In this document: one piece after another, positions 50,791-63,100 of the stretch
Layout: every line of letters starts with the position of its first letter
Numbering within the stretch: position 1 is the first letter of the stretch
Assembly: GCA_030704615.1 (NCBI GenBank)
Contig: CM060731.1
Location: 92,070,001-92,134,000, forward strand
Direction: 5' to 3'
Length of the DNA: 64,000 nucleotides
DNA from: Takakia lepidozioides
Taxonomy: Eukaryota; Plantae; Bryophyta
Translations under genes and position numbers: made by a program
Notes under the pieces: model-generated
The model's database searches: none
What the model saw: the letters and a program-made list of their open reading frames with translations, nothing else
Told to the model about the DNA's origin: nothing

Positions 50791-51669
50791 CTCAGAGTGA
50801 AATGCAGCCATTTATAGCAGTTCTATGGCCATTTCTGTTGTGTTCAAGGAAACTCTCTAAGCGGGATGGTCTTCTTCTCTGCAGGTACTTTCGCTTTGTT
50901 CTTATTCCGGAGAACACCCTGAGTGAGGATCCAGACTTCATTCGTGGATGGGCAAACCCAAACGATGAATCCACAATGTACACTGCTGGCATTGTGAAGG
51001 ACTGGGGTTGGGCACATTACCATGACTGTGGGTGGTACGTGGACTAGCCGAGAGTTTCGACTCCCTGGGAGGAGAATGTCATGAGGAATCAGAACAAAAA
51101 CGCAGATTCACTGGCCCCCCGGACAGATGAGGAGTTGCAGCAAAGAGCCTTGGCGCTACTCAATAAGAAAGAGCCTACAAAACCGGCCACCCCTTCTGAC
51201 GGCAAGAAGAAAAAGAACGGGAAACAGACAGTGGAGGCTACAGCGGCTGATGCGGGTACTAGGGCTGCTAGGGAAGCAGTGGCAGACCCTCCTGTCACTG
51301 CTGGGCCAACTGGGGCTTCTGTTCATTTGGCTGTGCAACCTGCCCAGAAACAACAGACACAGGTCGCCAACACATCCACCGCAGTAGATCGGCGCAGTAC
51401 ACACATAGCAAAGAAACATGCTTGTTTCACCCTCAATTGGTGTGGCTGTTACTGCACCACAGTAGATACCTTTAAAACAACTCAGACCTCCCAGTTGCAT
51501 TTTTGCAACCTGCTCCCGCTCTGGGTGTGCAACAAATAGGGTAGTTTCCTGCTCCTCATCAAGTCCTCCCCTCCAATCATACTCTCTGACTCCACGAGGT
51601 CTTCTGGTAGCAGATAACCTACTATATTTCTTAGTGGTGACCTGTTTCGGGGGCTGCTATTTCATGAGC

Positions 51670-54600
51670 GCTCCGCCGTGGCCCGCAAGCGGGCTATCAT
51701 GGCATTCTCTCAAGAGGCTATCTCTGATCCCTCCCTTTGGCACGTAGAGACGTTTTTGCTTATACCGGAGCAGTCCATTTTCCAAGTGGAACTGCGATTT
51801 AACCCCCATCCTCAAGTCCTGCATCACGGACTTCGCCAGCTCATCCTTCCGGCAAGCCTTTCGGATCTTCCTTTGGAGCGCCGTCTCGCCCTTGTACACC
51901 AACAAGAGCTGCTGCTTTCTACTTAAAGCATCGGCCACCACGTTGTCTCGTCCCGGTTTGTACTGGATATCCACGTCGAACACCGCCAAAGTATCTTGCC
52001 ACCTAAGTTGTTTTGGGGACAACTTGGGCTGCGTGGCAAAATACTTCACCGTGACATTGTCCGTGAACACCTTCACTGGGTTGGAACCAACATAGTGGCG
52101 CCAAAGCTCAAGGCAATGCACCACCGCCTTCATCTCTTTTTCGTGCGTAGGCCACCGTCGCTCCACTTCATTCAGTTTCTTACTTTTGTAAGCCACTGGA
52201 CGTCCATCTTGCATAAGTACACCCCCAATCGCGAAGTCCGACGCATCTGTATGAATCTCAAATGGACGATCGAACTCCGGGATTTTCAAGACTGGAGCTT
52301 CCGCCATCCGCTACTTCAATTTAGCAAAAGCTTGGCCACAAAATGTGTTCCATACCCAGACTTTGGATTTACACAGAAGGTCCGACAGCGGCCCCGCGAT
52401 CTTGGCGAAATTTCTCACATACTTCTGGTAATAGGAGGCGAGTCCTAGGAAGGATCGCACTCCCGGGACCGAAGTTGGAGGCTCCCAGTCCAAGATCGCC
52501 CTCACCTTTCTGTCATCCATTTTGATCCCATCCTGTGTAATCACATGCCCAAGAACTCCACTTTCGTGACCCCGAATTCGCACTTTGAAGCTTTGGCGTA
52601 CAGCTTCCCTTCCCGCAACTTTCGGAACACCCTTTTGAGGTGCTCCAGGTGCTCCTCCTTTGTTTTCGAGTACACCAAGATGTCGTCGATGTACACGATC
52701 ACAAAGTCATCCAACCACTCCTGAAAAAGGATGTTCATCAGCGTGCTAAAGGTCGCTGGTGCATTGGTGAGCCCAAAAGGCATCACCAAGAACTCATATG
52801 AACCATACCTTGTCCTGCACGCGGTCTTCTCCTCATCTCCTTCCGCCACCCGAATTTGATGATAGCCGGAGCGCAAGTCGATCCGGCTGAAATACTTAGC
52901 TCCTGCCAACCGATCGAAGAGGTCGTCGATCCTTGGCAAAGGGTACCGGTTTTTGATAGTCACCTTATTCAGAGCCCTGTAATCGACACACATCCGCAGC
53001 GTCCCATCCTTCTTGTCTGCGAATAGCACCGGGGCTGCGTAAGGTGACTTACTCGGCCGGATGTGAGATCTTTGAGCTGAGTCTTCAGCTCGACCAACTC
53101 TCTGTGGCTGAACCGGTAGGGCGCCATGGCAGGCGGTTCCGATCTCGGTATCACCTCAATCTTGTGGTCAACTCCTCTTCGCGGTGGCAAGCCGCTTGGT
53201 AAGTCCTCCGGCATCACATCCTGGTATTTCTCCAAAATCCCCTTGATCCAATCTGGGTTCGGCTCCCCATCGCCTTCTCCCTTCACTTCTCTAATGTAAA
53301 GCAAAAACTGGGGTTCGTGTGCCTCCTCCACGGCCCACTCCCTTGCTGACAGAAGGTTTATTCGCCCTCCCACGGATTTGGGCGTTTCCGACACTCGTAA
53401 GACCTCGCCACCATTCCCACATGGCAGCGTGACTACTCTCTTGCGGCCATCTATGACCGCTCCGGATTTACTCAGAAAGGTCATCCCCAAAATGAGATCT
53501 ACTCCATCGATCTCACAGATGGTGAAGTTCTCACGTCCCTCCCAACTCCCCAGTTGAAGAGGAACATTGCGCACTGCGGCACTCTTGAAGAAAGAGTATT
53601 TCTGGCCCAAACTGAGGGAGGAGGCAGAGGAGTATGTCAAGACATGCACTACATGCCAACAAAACCGGAGCGAATACAAAAAGCAAGCGGGGCTGTTACA
53701 ACCCTTGCCGATTCCAAAGGGGACTTGGGAAAGCGTCTCGATGGATTTCATGACTGCTATGCCACTGTCAAGAGGATTCGATGCAATCATGGTGGTGGTG
53801 GATAGGTTCAGTAAAATGGGCCATTTCATCCCCACCAAGGAGACGGCAACGGCGCAGGAGACAGGGCGACTTTACTTCGCCCACGTCTTAAAGCATCATG
53901 GAGTCCTGAAGGATATTGTCTCGGATCGCGATCCAAAGTTTACGAGTAAATTTTGGAGGACACTTTAGAAGAAGATGGGGACGAGGCTGAAGATGAGCAC
54001 CGCCTTCCGACCTACGACCGCCGGCCAAACAGAAAGGGTGAATTCCGTAGTGAAGCAGATCTTGCGGAATTACGTGTCGGCAGACCAAACAGACTGGGTG
54101 GAACACTTAGACGCGGCAGAGTTCTGTTATAATAACACAGAATAGTCCGCAACGGGAGTTTTCCCTTTCGTATTCGTCTATGGAAAAGCACCTCTGGTGC
54201 CGACAAGTTGGGCCGCCCAGGACGTTGAGGAACCGGCAGTAGCGGCGGTACTGGAAGAACGCGAGCGTTTGTTGAAGCTCGCAAAATACAACATTGCCAA
54301 AGTCAGGAAACGGTATAAAAGGCAGGCGAATCGGAAGCGGAGGGAAGTGAAGTTTGAGGCAGGCACAGAGGTCTGGTTGAACATCAAGAATTTCCGACTA
54401 CCTCTGGAAGTGAGTCCGAAGTTCGTACCTCCGTATGCGGGACCCTTTCGCATTCGGAAGGTTATGAATGAGGATGTATATGAATTGGAGCTGCTGGCAA
54501 ACAGCAAGGTGCACCCAGTATTCCATGTCTCCCTTTTGAAGCCTTACTTCAAAGATGAAGCGCGTCCGAATCGGCATCAAGTGTTGCGTCCGCCACCTAT

Positions 54601-56439
54601 GCTGTTGGATCATGAAAATGAACCTGAGTACGAGGTGGAGGCAATACTTAAGTCGAGGAGGTTCAAGAACCGAGAAACGGAGTATCTCGTCAAATGGAAG
54701 GGCTATCATCATGTGGAGGCATCTTGGGTGCGTGCCTCAGAAATGGGAAACGCATCTGAGGCGGTTGCAGCTTTCGAAGGGCGACCTCAAAAGCGGAAGA
54801 AATGTTGATGGGGACATCAACCTTGGAGCGTGGGGGAGGAAATGCATGCTTAGCCTGGCTTAGCTAGCTTAGGAATCCGATTACAAAAACTTGTATTGTA
54901 CAAAAATTTGTTATAAAGGAAATGGTTCCAAATGTTGTGCGTCCTATTTTGTTTGGAATGGTGATGCATGGTATGGGTTAGCTAGTGTGTAGAATGCACG
55001 CTAGCTTATAAAAGTGGGAGAGGTAAATTGGGTTAATCGTGTGTTTGCGTAGTGCCGAAATCGGGTGACCCCCATCCAAGGGGCAAGGAAACTTGCGACT
55101 TCTTTGGGAGTTCACGTGCTAGTGCGCACCCTGGCGCGTGCGCGTACTATAACTGCGCTACCGAGGGGGTTGCCTTGTAGTGCGGGCTAACGCGGAAGCT
55201 ACGTGCTTCCGTTCACGTACTATAATCGTGTAGCCTCGGGACGAAGTCGTAGTGCGGCTTCGGCGTGTTCCCGTACCTCATGCCAACATTCCAAGGCGGA
55301 CCCAATTGTAGTGATTGGGGCGTACGGTTGGGTTCAAGGTTATCTTCCTAGTCAAAGAGGGTTCCAGGGAACCATTGCTCAAGGTGATGCCAAAAGCGGC
55401 ATCATGAGCGATCGCAAGCAATGTTGTTGCAGTAAGACGATTCGATCCTCGAGGAGGATCGTTCCTTGGCCTTGAAGTAGGCCAAGAAGAGTGCACTGGG
55501 AGGAGCTGGAGAGGCTCCACCCTTGGCCGGGACTTGGAGGAAGTCGGCCGAACTAGCTAGTGGAGAGTAGAGTCAAGTGTGGGGGTTGGTTCTTTGCCAT
55601 GGGACTCCATGGTGCCACGACTCCCACCACGAGGTCTCCGCCCCCATGGTGAGTCCTATGCCACCCCCACTAAGTCCCGCTAAACTACCACCACCCTTGT
55701 GGAGCCACCCCCACCGCAACCCGGTGTGGCGGGTCTCACCTAGTGAGCGCCTCCGCCTCCTTGAGTGCCTTTGGCACTCAAGGGTGCTTCAGCCCCCCCA
55801 TACCTATCGCTGCGATGCCCCCACTACAGGGGCAGCCCCTCATGTGTCCCGACCCCCTGCCCCTCAAGGCAAAGGGCCGCGACACACAACCCCTACCACA
55901 CAGGGAGTCGATGTCCTCCATCGACTTGTCCATTTTGTAGAAACGAACATCCAAGGTGTGGCGTCCCACATCAAGGAGTTTGTTTGGAGTCTTGGGACTC
56001 ATCACGGTCCATAGGGGCCGTGATGAGTGGGCCAAGACTCACCGCGACTCATCACGGGAGTCGAGGGTTTTCGTGGTGGTTCGCCATAAAAGGCATGGCT
56101 GGTTATGAACCCCGCGGGACAGCTACAAAAGTATATATATGGGAGTAGTAACCCCGAGAACGGTGCAAGCCCGTTGGTGACCAAAAACTAGGTGTGTGAG
56201 CGAACGAGCCGGAAAGCGACCAAAGAGGGGAGCTGTTCCGGACTGCCATCTACCAAAGGGAATTCTCCCTAGTCCCAAATAGGTGGAGGGTTTAGAGGGA
56301 AGCGAAGGGGGACCGTTATGTCCCGGTGAGCAGCTGAAGCTCCAAGTTGGCCCGGGCGGCCAGGTTGGGAGTCAGGCGCGCGCATCAAAGCGAGTAACTA
56401 TGACTTGAAGGGGAGCTTACCGAAGTGAGGTGCGCGACA
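51670..56439 (+). mobile_element. Rearranged Ty3/gypsy chromovirus copy A: 5'-truncated, inverted pol segment, integrase-chromodomain, 3' LTR
   Basis: PR/RT/RNase H on minus strand 51670-53567 (YIDDIL, TDASDFAIG); integrase and chromodomain on plus strand 53569-54808; LTR ends ...GCGCGACA at 56439. Confidence 0.92.
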
Positions 56440-56881
56440 GAACGACCTCCCGATGAAGGAGGTTCGGCAATGGTTTTTAGAATTACATATTGAAAGACAA
56501 TGTTTCGCGAATGGTAGGGTGGTACTGCTCTGTACAATGGGGGCCCATTTCAGCCTACCAGCCACTTGCAAAATCCACCCACACTCCCAATCCCAAAGGA
56601 AATGAGGAATGATGCATTCTGGGAACGATGGATACAAAATAGAACAAAAAGAGGGCACAATGGGGTTTTTATTGATCCACATGAATTGCATTTGAAGCAC
56701 GTCTACTGTGCTGATTGTGCAAATAAATCTTTAGCCCTGTGCCTTCTGAATACAAGTCACGTTGTCAATGGGACTTCGACTGCTCTGAGAACTAGCTCAT
56801 GAATCATCGGGCTCCGCCAGGTAAACTGGATTGCAGCCGTTGTACCGCCCCTGTTGATGTTCACCACAATATTGTGCCCTT

Positions 56882-58070
56882 CGGAAATGCGGCGCAACAT
56901 TTCCGATCTGGTATGTCGGAAGGTGCGACTCGGACGGAAATGCGGTGCCGCATTTCAGTTCCCGTTGTTCATAATTCTCAATCAGAACGGAAATGCGATA
57001 CCGCATTTCCGTTCTGGAGAGTATGAAGGTCTTAACCGGTCGGAAATGCGCTGAAGCATTTCCGTCACTCGGCTCCATGCCTCAGATACAAAACGGAAAT
57101 GCGGCGCCGCATTTCCATTCTGGAATGTCGGAAGGTGCGACTCGGACGGAAATGCGGTGCCGCATTTGAGTTACCGTTGTTCATAATTCTCAATGAGAAC
57201 GGAAATGCGATACCGCATTTTCATTCTGGACAGTATGAAGGTCTTAACCGGTTGGAAATGTGCTGCAGCATTTCCGTCACTCGGCTCCATGCCTCAGATA
57301 CAAAACGGAAATGCGGCGCCGCATTTCCGTTCTGGAATGTCGGAAGGTGCGACTCGGACGGAAATGCGGTGCCGCATTTGAGTTACCGTTGTTCATAATT
57401 CTCAATGAGAACGGAAATGCGGTACCGCATTTCCGTTCTGGAGAGTATGAATGTCTTAACCGGTCGGAAATGCGCTGCAGCATTTCCGTCACTCGGCTCC
57501 ATGCCTCAGATACGAAACGGAAATGCGGCGCCGTATTTCCGTTCTGGAATGTTGGAAGGTGCGACTCGGACGGAAATGCGGTGCTGCATTTTAGTTCCGA
57601 TGGTTCACGATTTTCAGTCAGAACGGAAATGCAGTACCGCATTTCCGTTCTGGAGAGTATGAAGGTCTCATCCGGACGGAAATGCGGTGCAACATTTCTA
57701 TTCCTCAGCTCCATGCATCAGATACAAATCGGAAATGCGGCGCCGCATTTCCGTTCTGGTATGTCGGAAGGTGCGACTCGGACGGAAATGCGGTGCCTCA
57801 TTTCAGTTCCCGTGGTTCATGATTCTCAATCAGAACGGAAATGCGGTACCGCATTTCCATTCCACCTTCACATACCGTGCTTGTTGGATGGAAATGCGTT
57901 ACCGCATTTCCGTTCTGGAGAGTATAAAGGTTCCCCCGAGGGAAACTCAATGCCAGTTTTCCGTCGCACTGGTGCATGACTAAGATGCAAAACGGAAATG
58001 TGGCGCCGTATTTCCGTCCAACAGCAATCAAATGTATCACTCCGGACGGAAATGCGGAACCTCATTTCCG
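56882..58070. repeat. Array of about 23 x 24-bp palindromes CGGAAATGCGG-NN-CCGCATTTCCG with 53-bp period (212-bp higher-order unit)
   Basis: Starts at 56882, 56935, 56988, 57041, 57094 ... 57889, all 53 bp apart, then about 57940, 57993, 58047. Confidence 0.95.
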
Positions 58071-58325
58071 CATGCGGAACCTGAATGGGTTGCAGTGTTC
58101 CGAAACAACACAATTGCGGCCTGTCTTGATGAGCACAACTTGGTTGTCTGGCCGTTTTAACTAACAGTCCTGGCACTTGTCAGTGCGAACGTTCATGTCT
58201 GCACCGAGAATACTGCTGGATCCACCCTCAGGAGAAACTGTCAGGAGATGTTATTTCGTCGCCGAATCGGCCATCATTGTCATACTTACAAGCTATCGAA
58301 TCACACCTCCCACCTTCATGCATGT

Positions 58326-59049
58326 TGTCGCGGCCCTTTGCCTTGAGGGCAGGGGGTCGGGACACATGAGGGGCTGCCCCTGTGGTGGGGGCAGCGGCAG
58401 CGATAGGTATGGGGGGCTGAAGCACCCTTGAGTGCCCAAGGCACTCAAGGAGGCGGAGGCGCTCACTAGGTGGAGCCCCGCACCCGGGTTGCGGTGGAGG
58501 TGGCTCCACAAGGGGTGGTGGTAGCTTAGTGGGACTTAGTGGGGTGGCATAGGACTCACCATGGGGTGGAGACCTCGAGGTGGGAGTCGTGGGGAGTCTT
58601 GGGACTCATCACGGTCCATTGGGGCCGCGGTGAGTGGGCCAAGACTCACCGCGACTCACCACCGGGAGTCGAGGGTTTTCGTGGTGGTTCGCCATAAAAT
58701 GGCATGGCTGGTTATGAAACCCCCGCGGACAGCTACAGAAGTATATATAGGGAGTAGTAACCCCGAGAACGGTGCAAGCCCGTTGGTGACCAAAAACTAG
58801 TGAGTAAGCGAGCGAGCCGGAAAGCGACCAAAGAGTGGGGAGTGTTCCGGACTGCCATCTACCAAAGGGAATTCTCCTAGTCCCAAATAGGTGGAGGGTT
58901 TAGAGGGACGAAGCGGAAGGGGACCGTTTATGTCCCGGTGAGCAGCCAAACTCCAAGTTGGCCCGGCGGCCAGGTTGGGAGTCAGGCGCGCGCATCAAAG
59001 CGAGTAACTATGACTTGAAGGGGAGTTTACCGAACTGAGGTGTGCGACA
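58326..59049 (+). repeat. 5' LTR of chromovirus copy B
   Basis: TGTCGC...GCGACA terminal inverted repeat; matches 55609-55884 (inverted) plus 55986-56439. Confidence 0.85.
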
Positions 59050-59051
59050 TT

Positions 59052-59063
59052 TGGTATCAGAGC
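59052..59063 (+). promoter_or_regulatory. Primer binding site (tRNA-iMet)
   Basis: TGGTATCAGAGC two nucleotides after the LTR end. Confidence 0.92.
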
Positions 59064-59104
59064 TTAGAGTTCAGTACGCGATCGTCCTTGGGATTGGCCT
59101 CATC

Positions 59105-60175
59105 ATGGGGTCGGGCAAGCCGAAGCGAAAGCGGAACGGCCCAAAAGATGATGATCCCGGTGAGCCCGATGGGGGCGACGTGTCACCGAGGCGGCCGTTT
59201 GAGGAAGCGATTAATGTTTCCGAAAACGAGGCCGCTCAGGAGCGGGAGGAATCCGAGGAGTCGGAGCCCGAGGAATCTTTGAGAGCTCCGACAAACCAAG
59301 AGATGCCTCCCATGCCGGCAGCCTTTTGGGAAGGGTTGTTGGCGCAGTTTGGCGGGACGTTGAAAGACGTGTTGAAGGCGGCTAATGCCACTTCCACCAA
59401 GGCAAAGTTTAAGGTGAAGCCTAAGGAACCCGGCACCTTCGAGGGCGTTCGAAACCGGAAGGCACTCAACACCTGGCTCCTGGAGCTAGAGCAGTACTTC
59501 CGGGCGGCCAAGTTGAGTGACGAGGATCGGGTGGAAGTGGCTCCCACCTATTTGAGGGGCTATGCTCAACAATGGTGGCAGAAACGCCTTCACGACCGAG
59601 GCCCAAGCCCGGAAACCTTGAACTGGAGTGAGTTCAAGGAATTGATGAAGAGACAGTTTGTGCCCCTCAACGCATCCTGGCTTGCCCGGGACAAGATGAG
59701 GAATTTGAAGCAAACAGATGACATTCGGGGGTATGTCCAGGCTTTCAATGTGCTGTTGCTCGAAGTCGCGGACATGGCAGAACCAGAAATGGTCTTCAAC
59801 TTTGTGGCGGGACTGGCCCCATGGGCTAGGCGGAAGTTGGAGGAGAAGCCACCCAAGACTTTGAACGAGGCAATTGAGAGAGCTGAATGTTTCTCGGATG
59901 TCCCTAGGGGTGAGAGACAAGGCCGTACGGAGCTGAACCACAAGAAGACCCGGCGGGAAGGTGACTCCTCCCGACCGGAAAAGAAGTGGGATAGGCCACG
60001 CGGCGAAAATGGCACGTGGAAATCGAAGGGAGGGCCTTCACACGTCAAGGCGGCACCCGGTGCTTCGAAAGGAAAAGCGGGTGGAGCGGACTTATGGCGG
60101 ACAGAAGGCGACCTTTGATGGAGTGTGTTTCAATTGCGGGGAGCCCGGGCACATGGCCAAGAAGTGCACGAAGCC
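59105..60175 (+). CDS. gag: Gag (retrotransposon capsid; CCHC knuckle in a shifted frame)
   Basis: KPKEPGTFEG...WLLELEQYF, YLRGYAQQWW, LKQT; CFNCGEPGHMAKKC in ORF 59961-60269. Confidence 0.85.
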
Positions 60176-63100
60176 GGCAATTGAACATGACTCGGGCGAC
60201 CACGGAGCTGTCGGAAGATACCATCAGTCGCTTGGTGGAAGCGGGTGGTCGCCAGGACTTGCAAGGTAGGCAAATTTCTTGTGAGTTGTATCAGGAAACT
60301 GGCGCCTTACGAAAAGGGAGTCAGTTATTGTTCGTGGATGGGATAATATCCGGAACTAATGTGTCGTTGTTGGTGGACACAGGAGCGTCGCACTCCTTCA
60401 TGACGCCGGCGGCGGCGCGAAAGTTGGGACTCCCGACAAGTGACGTGGGGGCCTCTATTGAGGTGCGCTCTGCCAAAGGAGAACCTCAGTTGGCGACAAG
60501 GTTGGCGTTTGATGTTCCTCTTCAACTGGGGAGTTGGGAGGGACGTGAGAACTTCACTATCTGCGAGATCGATGGAGTGGATCTCATTTTGGGAATGACC
60601 TTTTTGAGCAAATCCGGAGCGGTCATAGATGGCCGCAAGAGAGTAGTCACGCTGCCATGTGGGAATGGTGGCGAGGTTTTACGAGTGTCGGAAACGCCCA
60701 AATCCGTGGGAGGGCGAATAAACTTCTCAGCAAAGGAGTGGGCCGTGGAGGAGACACACGAGTCCCAGTTTTTGCTTTACATTAGAGAAGTGAAAGGAGA
60801 AGGCGATGGGGAGCCGAGCCCAGATTGGATCAAGGGGATTTTGGAGAAATACCAGGATGTGATGCCGGAGGATTTACCAAGCGGCTTGCCACCGCGAAGA
60901 GGAGTTGACCACAAAATTGAGGTGATACCGGGATCGGAACCGCCTGCCAAGGCGCCCTACCGGTTGAGCCACAAAGAGTTGGTCGAGCTGAAGACTCAGC
61001 TCAAGATCTAATGTCAAAGGGGTACATCCGGCCGAGTAAGTCACCTTACGGAGCCCCGGTGCTATTGCAGACAAGAAGGATGGGACGCTGCGGATGTGTG
61101 TCGATTACAGGGCTCTGAATAAGGTGACTATCAAAAACCGGTACCCTTTGCCAAGGATCGACGACCTCTTCGATCGGTTGGCAGGAGCGAAGTATTTCAG
61201 CCGGATCGACTTGCGCTCCGGCTATCACCAAATTCGGGTGGCGGAAGGAGATGAGGAGAAGACCGCGTGCAGGACAAGGTATGGTTCATATGAGTTCTTG
61301 GTGATGCCTTTTGGGCTCACCAATGCCAGCGACATTTAGCACGCTGATGAACAGCCTTTTCCAGGAGTGGTTGGATGACTTTGTGATCGTGTACATCGAC
61401 GACATCTTGGTGTACTCGAAAACAAAGGAGGAGCACCTGGAGCACCTCAAAAGGGTGTTCCAAAAATTGCGAGAAGGGAAGCTGTATGCCAAAGCTTCAA
61501 AGTGCGAATTCGGGGTCACAAAAGTGGAGTTCTTGGGGCACGTGATTACACAGGATGGGATCAAAATGGATGACAGAAAGGTGAGGGCGATCTTGGACTG
61601 GGAGCCTCCGACTTCGGTCCCGGGAGTGCGATCCTTCCTAGGACTCGCCTCCTATTACCGGAAGTATGTGAGAAATTTCGCCAAGATCGCGGGGCCGCTG
61701 TCGGACCTTCTGTGTAAATCCAAAGTCTGGGTATGGAACACATTTTGTGGCCAAGCTTTTGCTGAATTGAAGCAGCGGATGACGGAAGCTCCAGTCTTAA
61801 AAATCCGGAGTTCGATCGTCCGTTTGAGATTCATACAGATGCATCGGACTTCGCAATTGGGGGTGTACTTATGCAAGATGGACGTCCAGTGGCTTACGAA
61901 AGTAAGAAACTGAATGAAGTGGAGCGACGGTGGCCGACGCACGAAAAAGAGATGAAGGCGGTGGTACATTGCCTTGAACTCTGGCGCCACTATGTTGGTT
62001 CCAACCCAGTGAAGGTGTTCACGGACAATGTCACGGTGAAGTATTTTGCCACGCAGCCCAAGTTGTCCCCAAAACAACTTAGGTGGCAAGATACTTTGGC
62101 AGTGTTCGACGTGGATATCCAGTACAAACCGGGACGGGACAATGTGGTGGCCGATGCTTTAAGTAGAAAGCAGCAGCTCTTGTTGGTGTACAAGGGCGAG
62201 ACGGCGCTCCAAAGGAAGATCCGGAAGGCTTGCCGGAAGGATGAGCTGGCAAAGTGCGTGATGCAGAACTTGAGAATGGGGGGTTAAATCGCAGTTCCAC
62301 TTGCAAAACGGACTGCTCCGGTATAAGCAAAAACGTCTCTATGTGCCAAAGGGAGGGATCAGGGATAGTCTCTTGAGAGAATGCCATGATAGCCCGCTTG
62401 CGGGCCACGGTGGAGCCAAGCGCACTGCGGCACTCTTGAAGAAAGAGTATTTCTGGCCCAAACTGAGGGAGGAGGCAGAGGAGAGGAGTATGTTAAGACA
62501 TGCACCACATGCCAACAAAACCGGAGCGAGTATAAAAAGCAAGCGGGGCTGTTACAACCCTTGCCGATTCCAGAGGGGACTTGGGAAAGCGTCTCGATGG
62601 ATTTCATGACTGCTATGCCGCTGTCAAAAGGATTCGATGCAATCATGGTGGTGGTAGATAGGTTCAGTAAAATGGCCCATTTCATCCCCACCAAGGAGAC
62701 GGCAACAACTGCGCAGGAGACAGGGCGACTTTACTTCGCCCACGTCTTAAAGCATCATGGAGTCCCGAAGGATATTGTCTCGGACCGCGATCCAAAGTTT
62801 ACGAGTAAATTCTGGAGAGCACTTTGGAAGAAGATGGGGACGAGGCTGAAGATGAGCACCGCCTTCCGACCTACGACGGACGGCCAAACGGAAAGAGTGA
62901 ATTCCGTAGTGAAGCAATTCTTGCGGAATTACGTGTCGGCAGACCAATCAGACTGGATGGAACACTTAGACGCGGCAGAGTTCTGTTATAATAACACAGA
63001 ACACTCCGCGACGGGAGTTTCCCCTTTTGTGTTGGTCTATGGAAAAGCACCTCTGGTGCCGACAAGTTGGGCCGCCCAGGACGTTGAGGAACCGGCAGTA

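Larger units (their letters stand above)
45380..51540 (+). pseudogene. Multi-exon ParB/Sulfiredoxin-like domain gene, paralog 1, divergent from the transposase
   Basis: Putative exons about 45380-45836, 46090-46343, 48671-49262, 49345-49537, 49623-50063, 50151-50375, 50885-51400; IPLCRMISMPAVRP, DIKKLQGDF..GY, FFVWDGNHRLVAW (GxxRxxA); several in-frame stops. Confidence 0.72.

Noticed and set aside
54843-56439. Single 1.6-kb LTR starting at TGCATG
   Set aside because: Copy B's 5' homology begins exactly at TGTCGC, which forms a terminal inverted repeat with GCGACA, favouring a 724-bp LTR
56882-58070. CRISPR array (24-bp repeat, 29-bp spacer)
   Set aside because: Spacers cycle in a four-unit higher-order repeat rather than being unique; no cas genes or leader
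56797-58176. Many overlapping ORFs with repeated peptides
   Set aside because: By-products of the palindromic repeat, open on both strands
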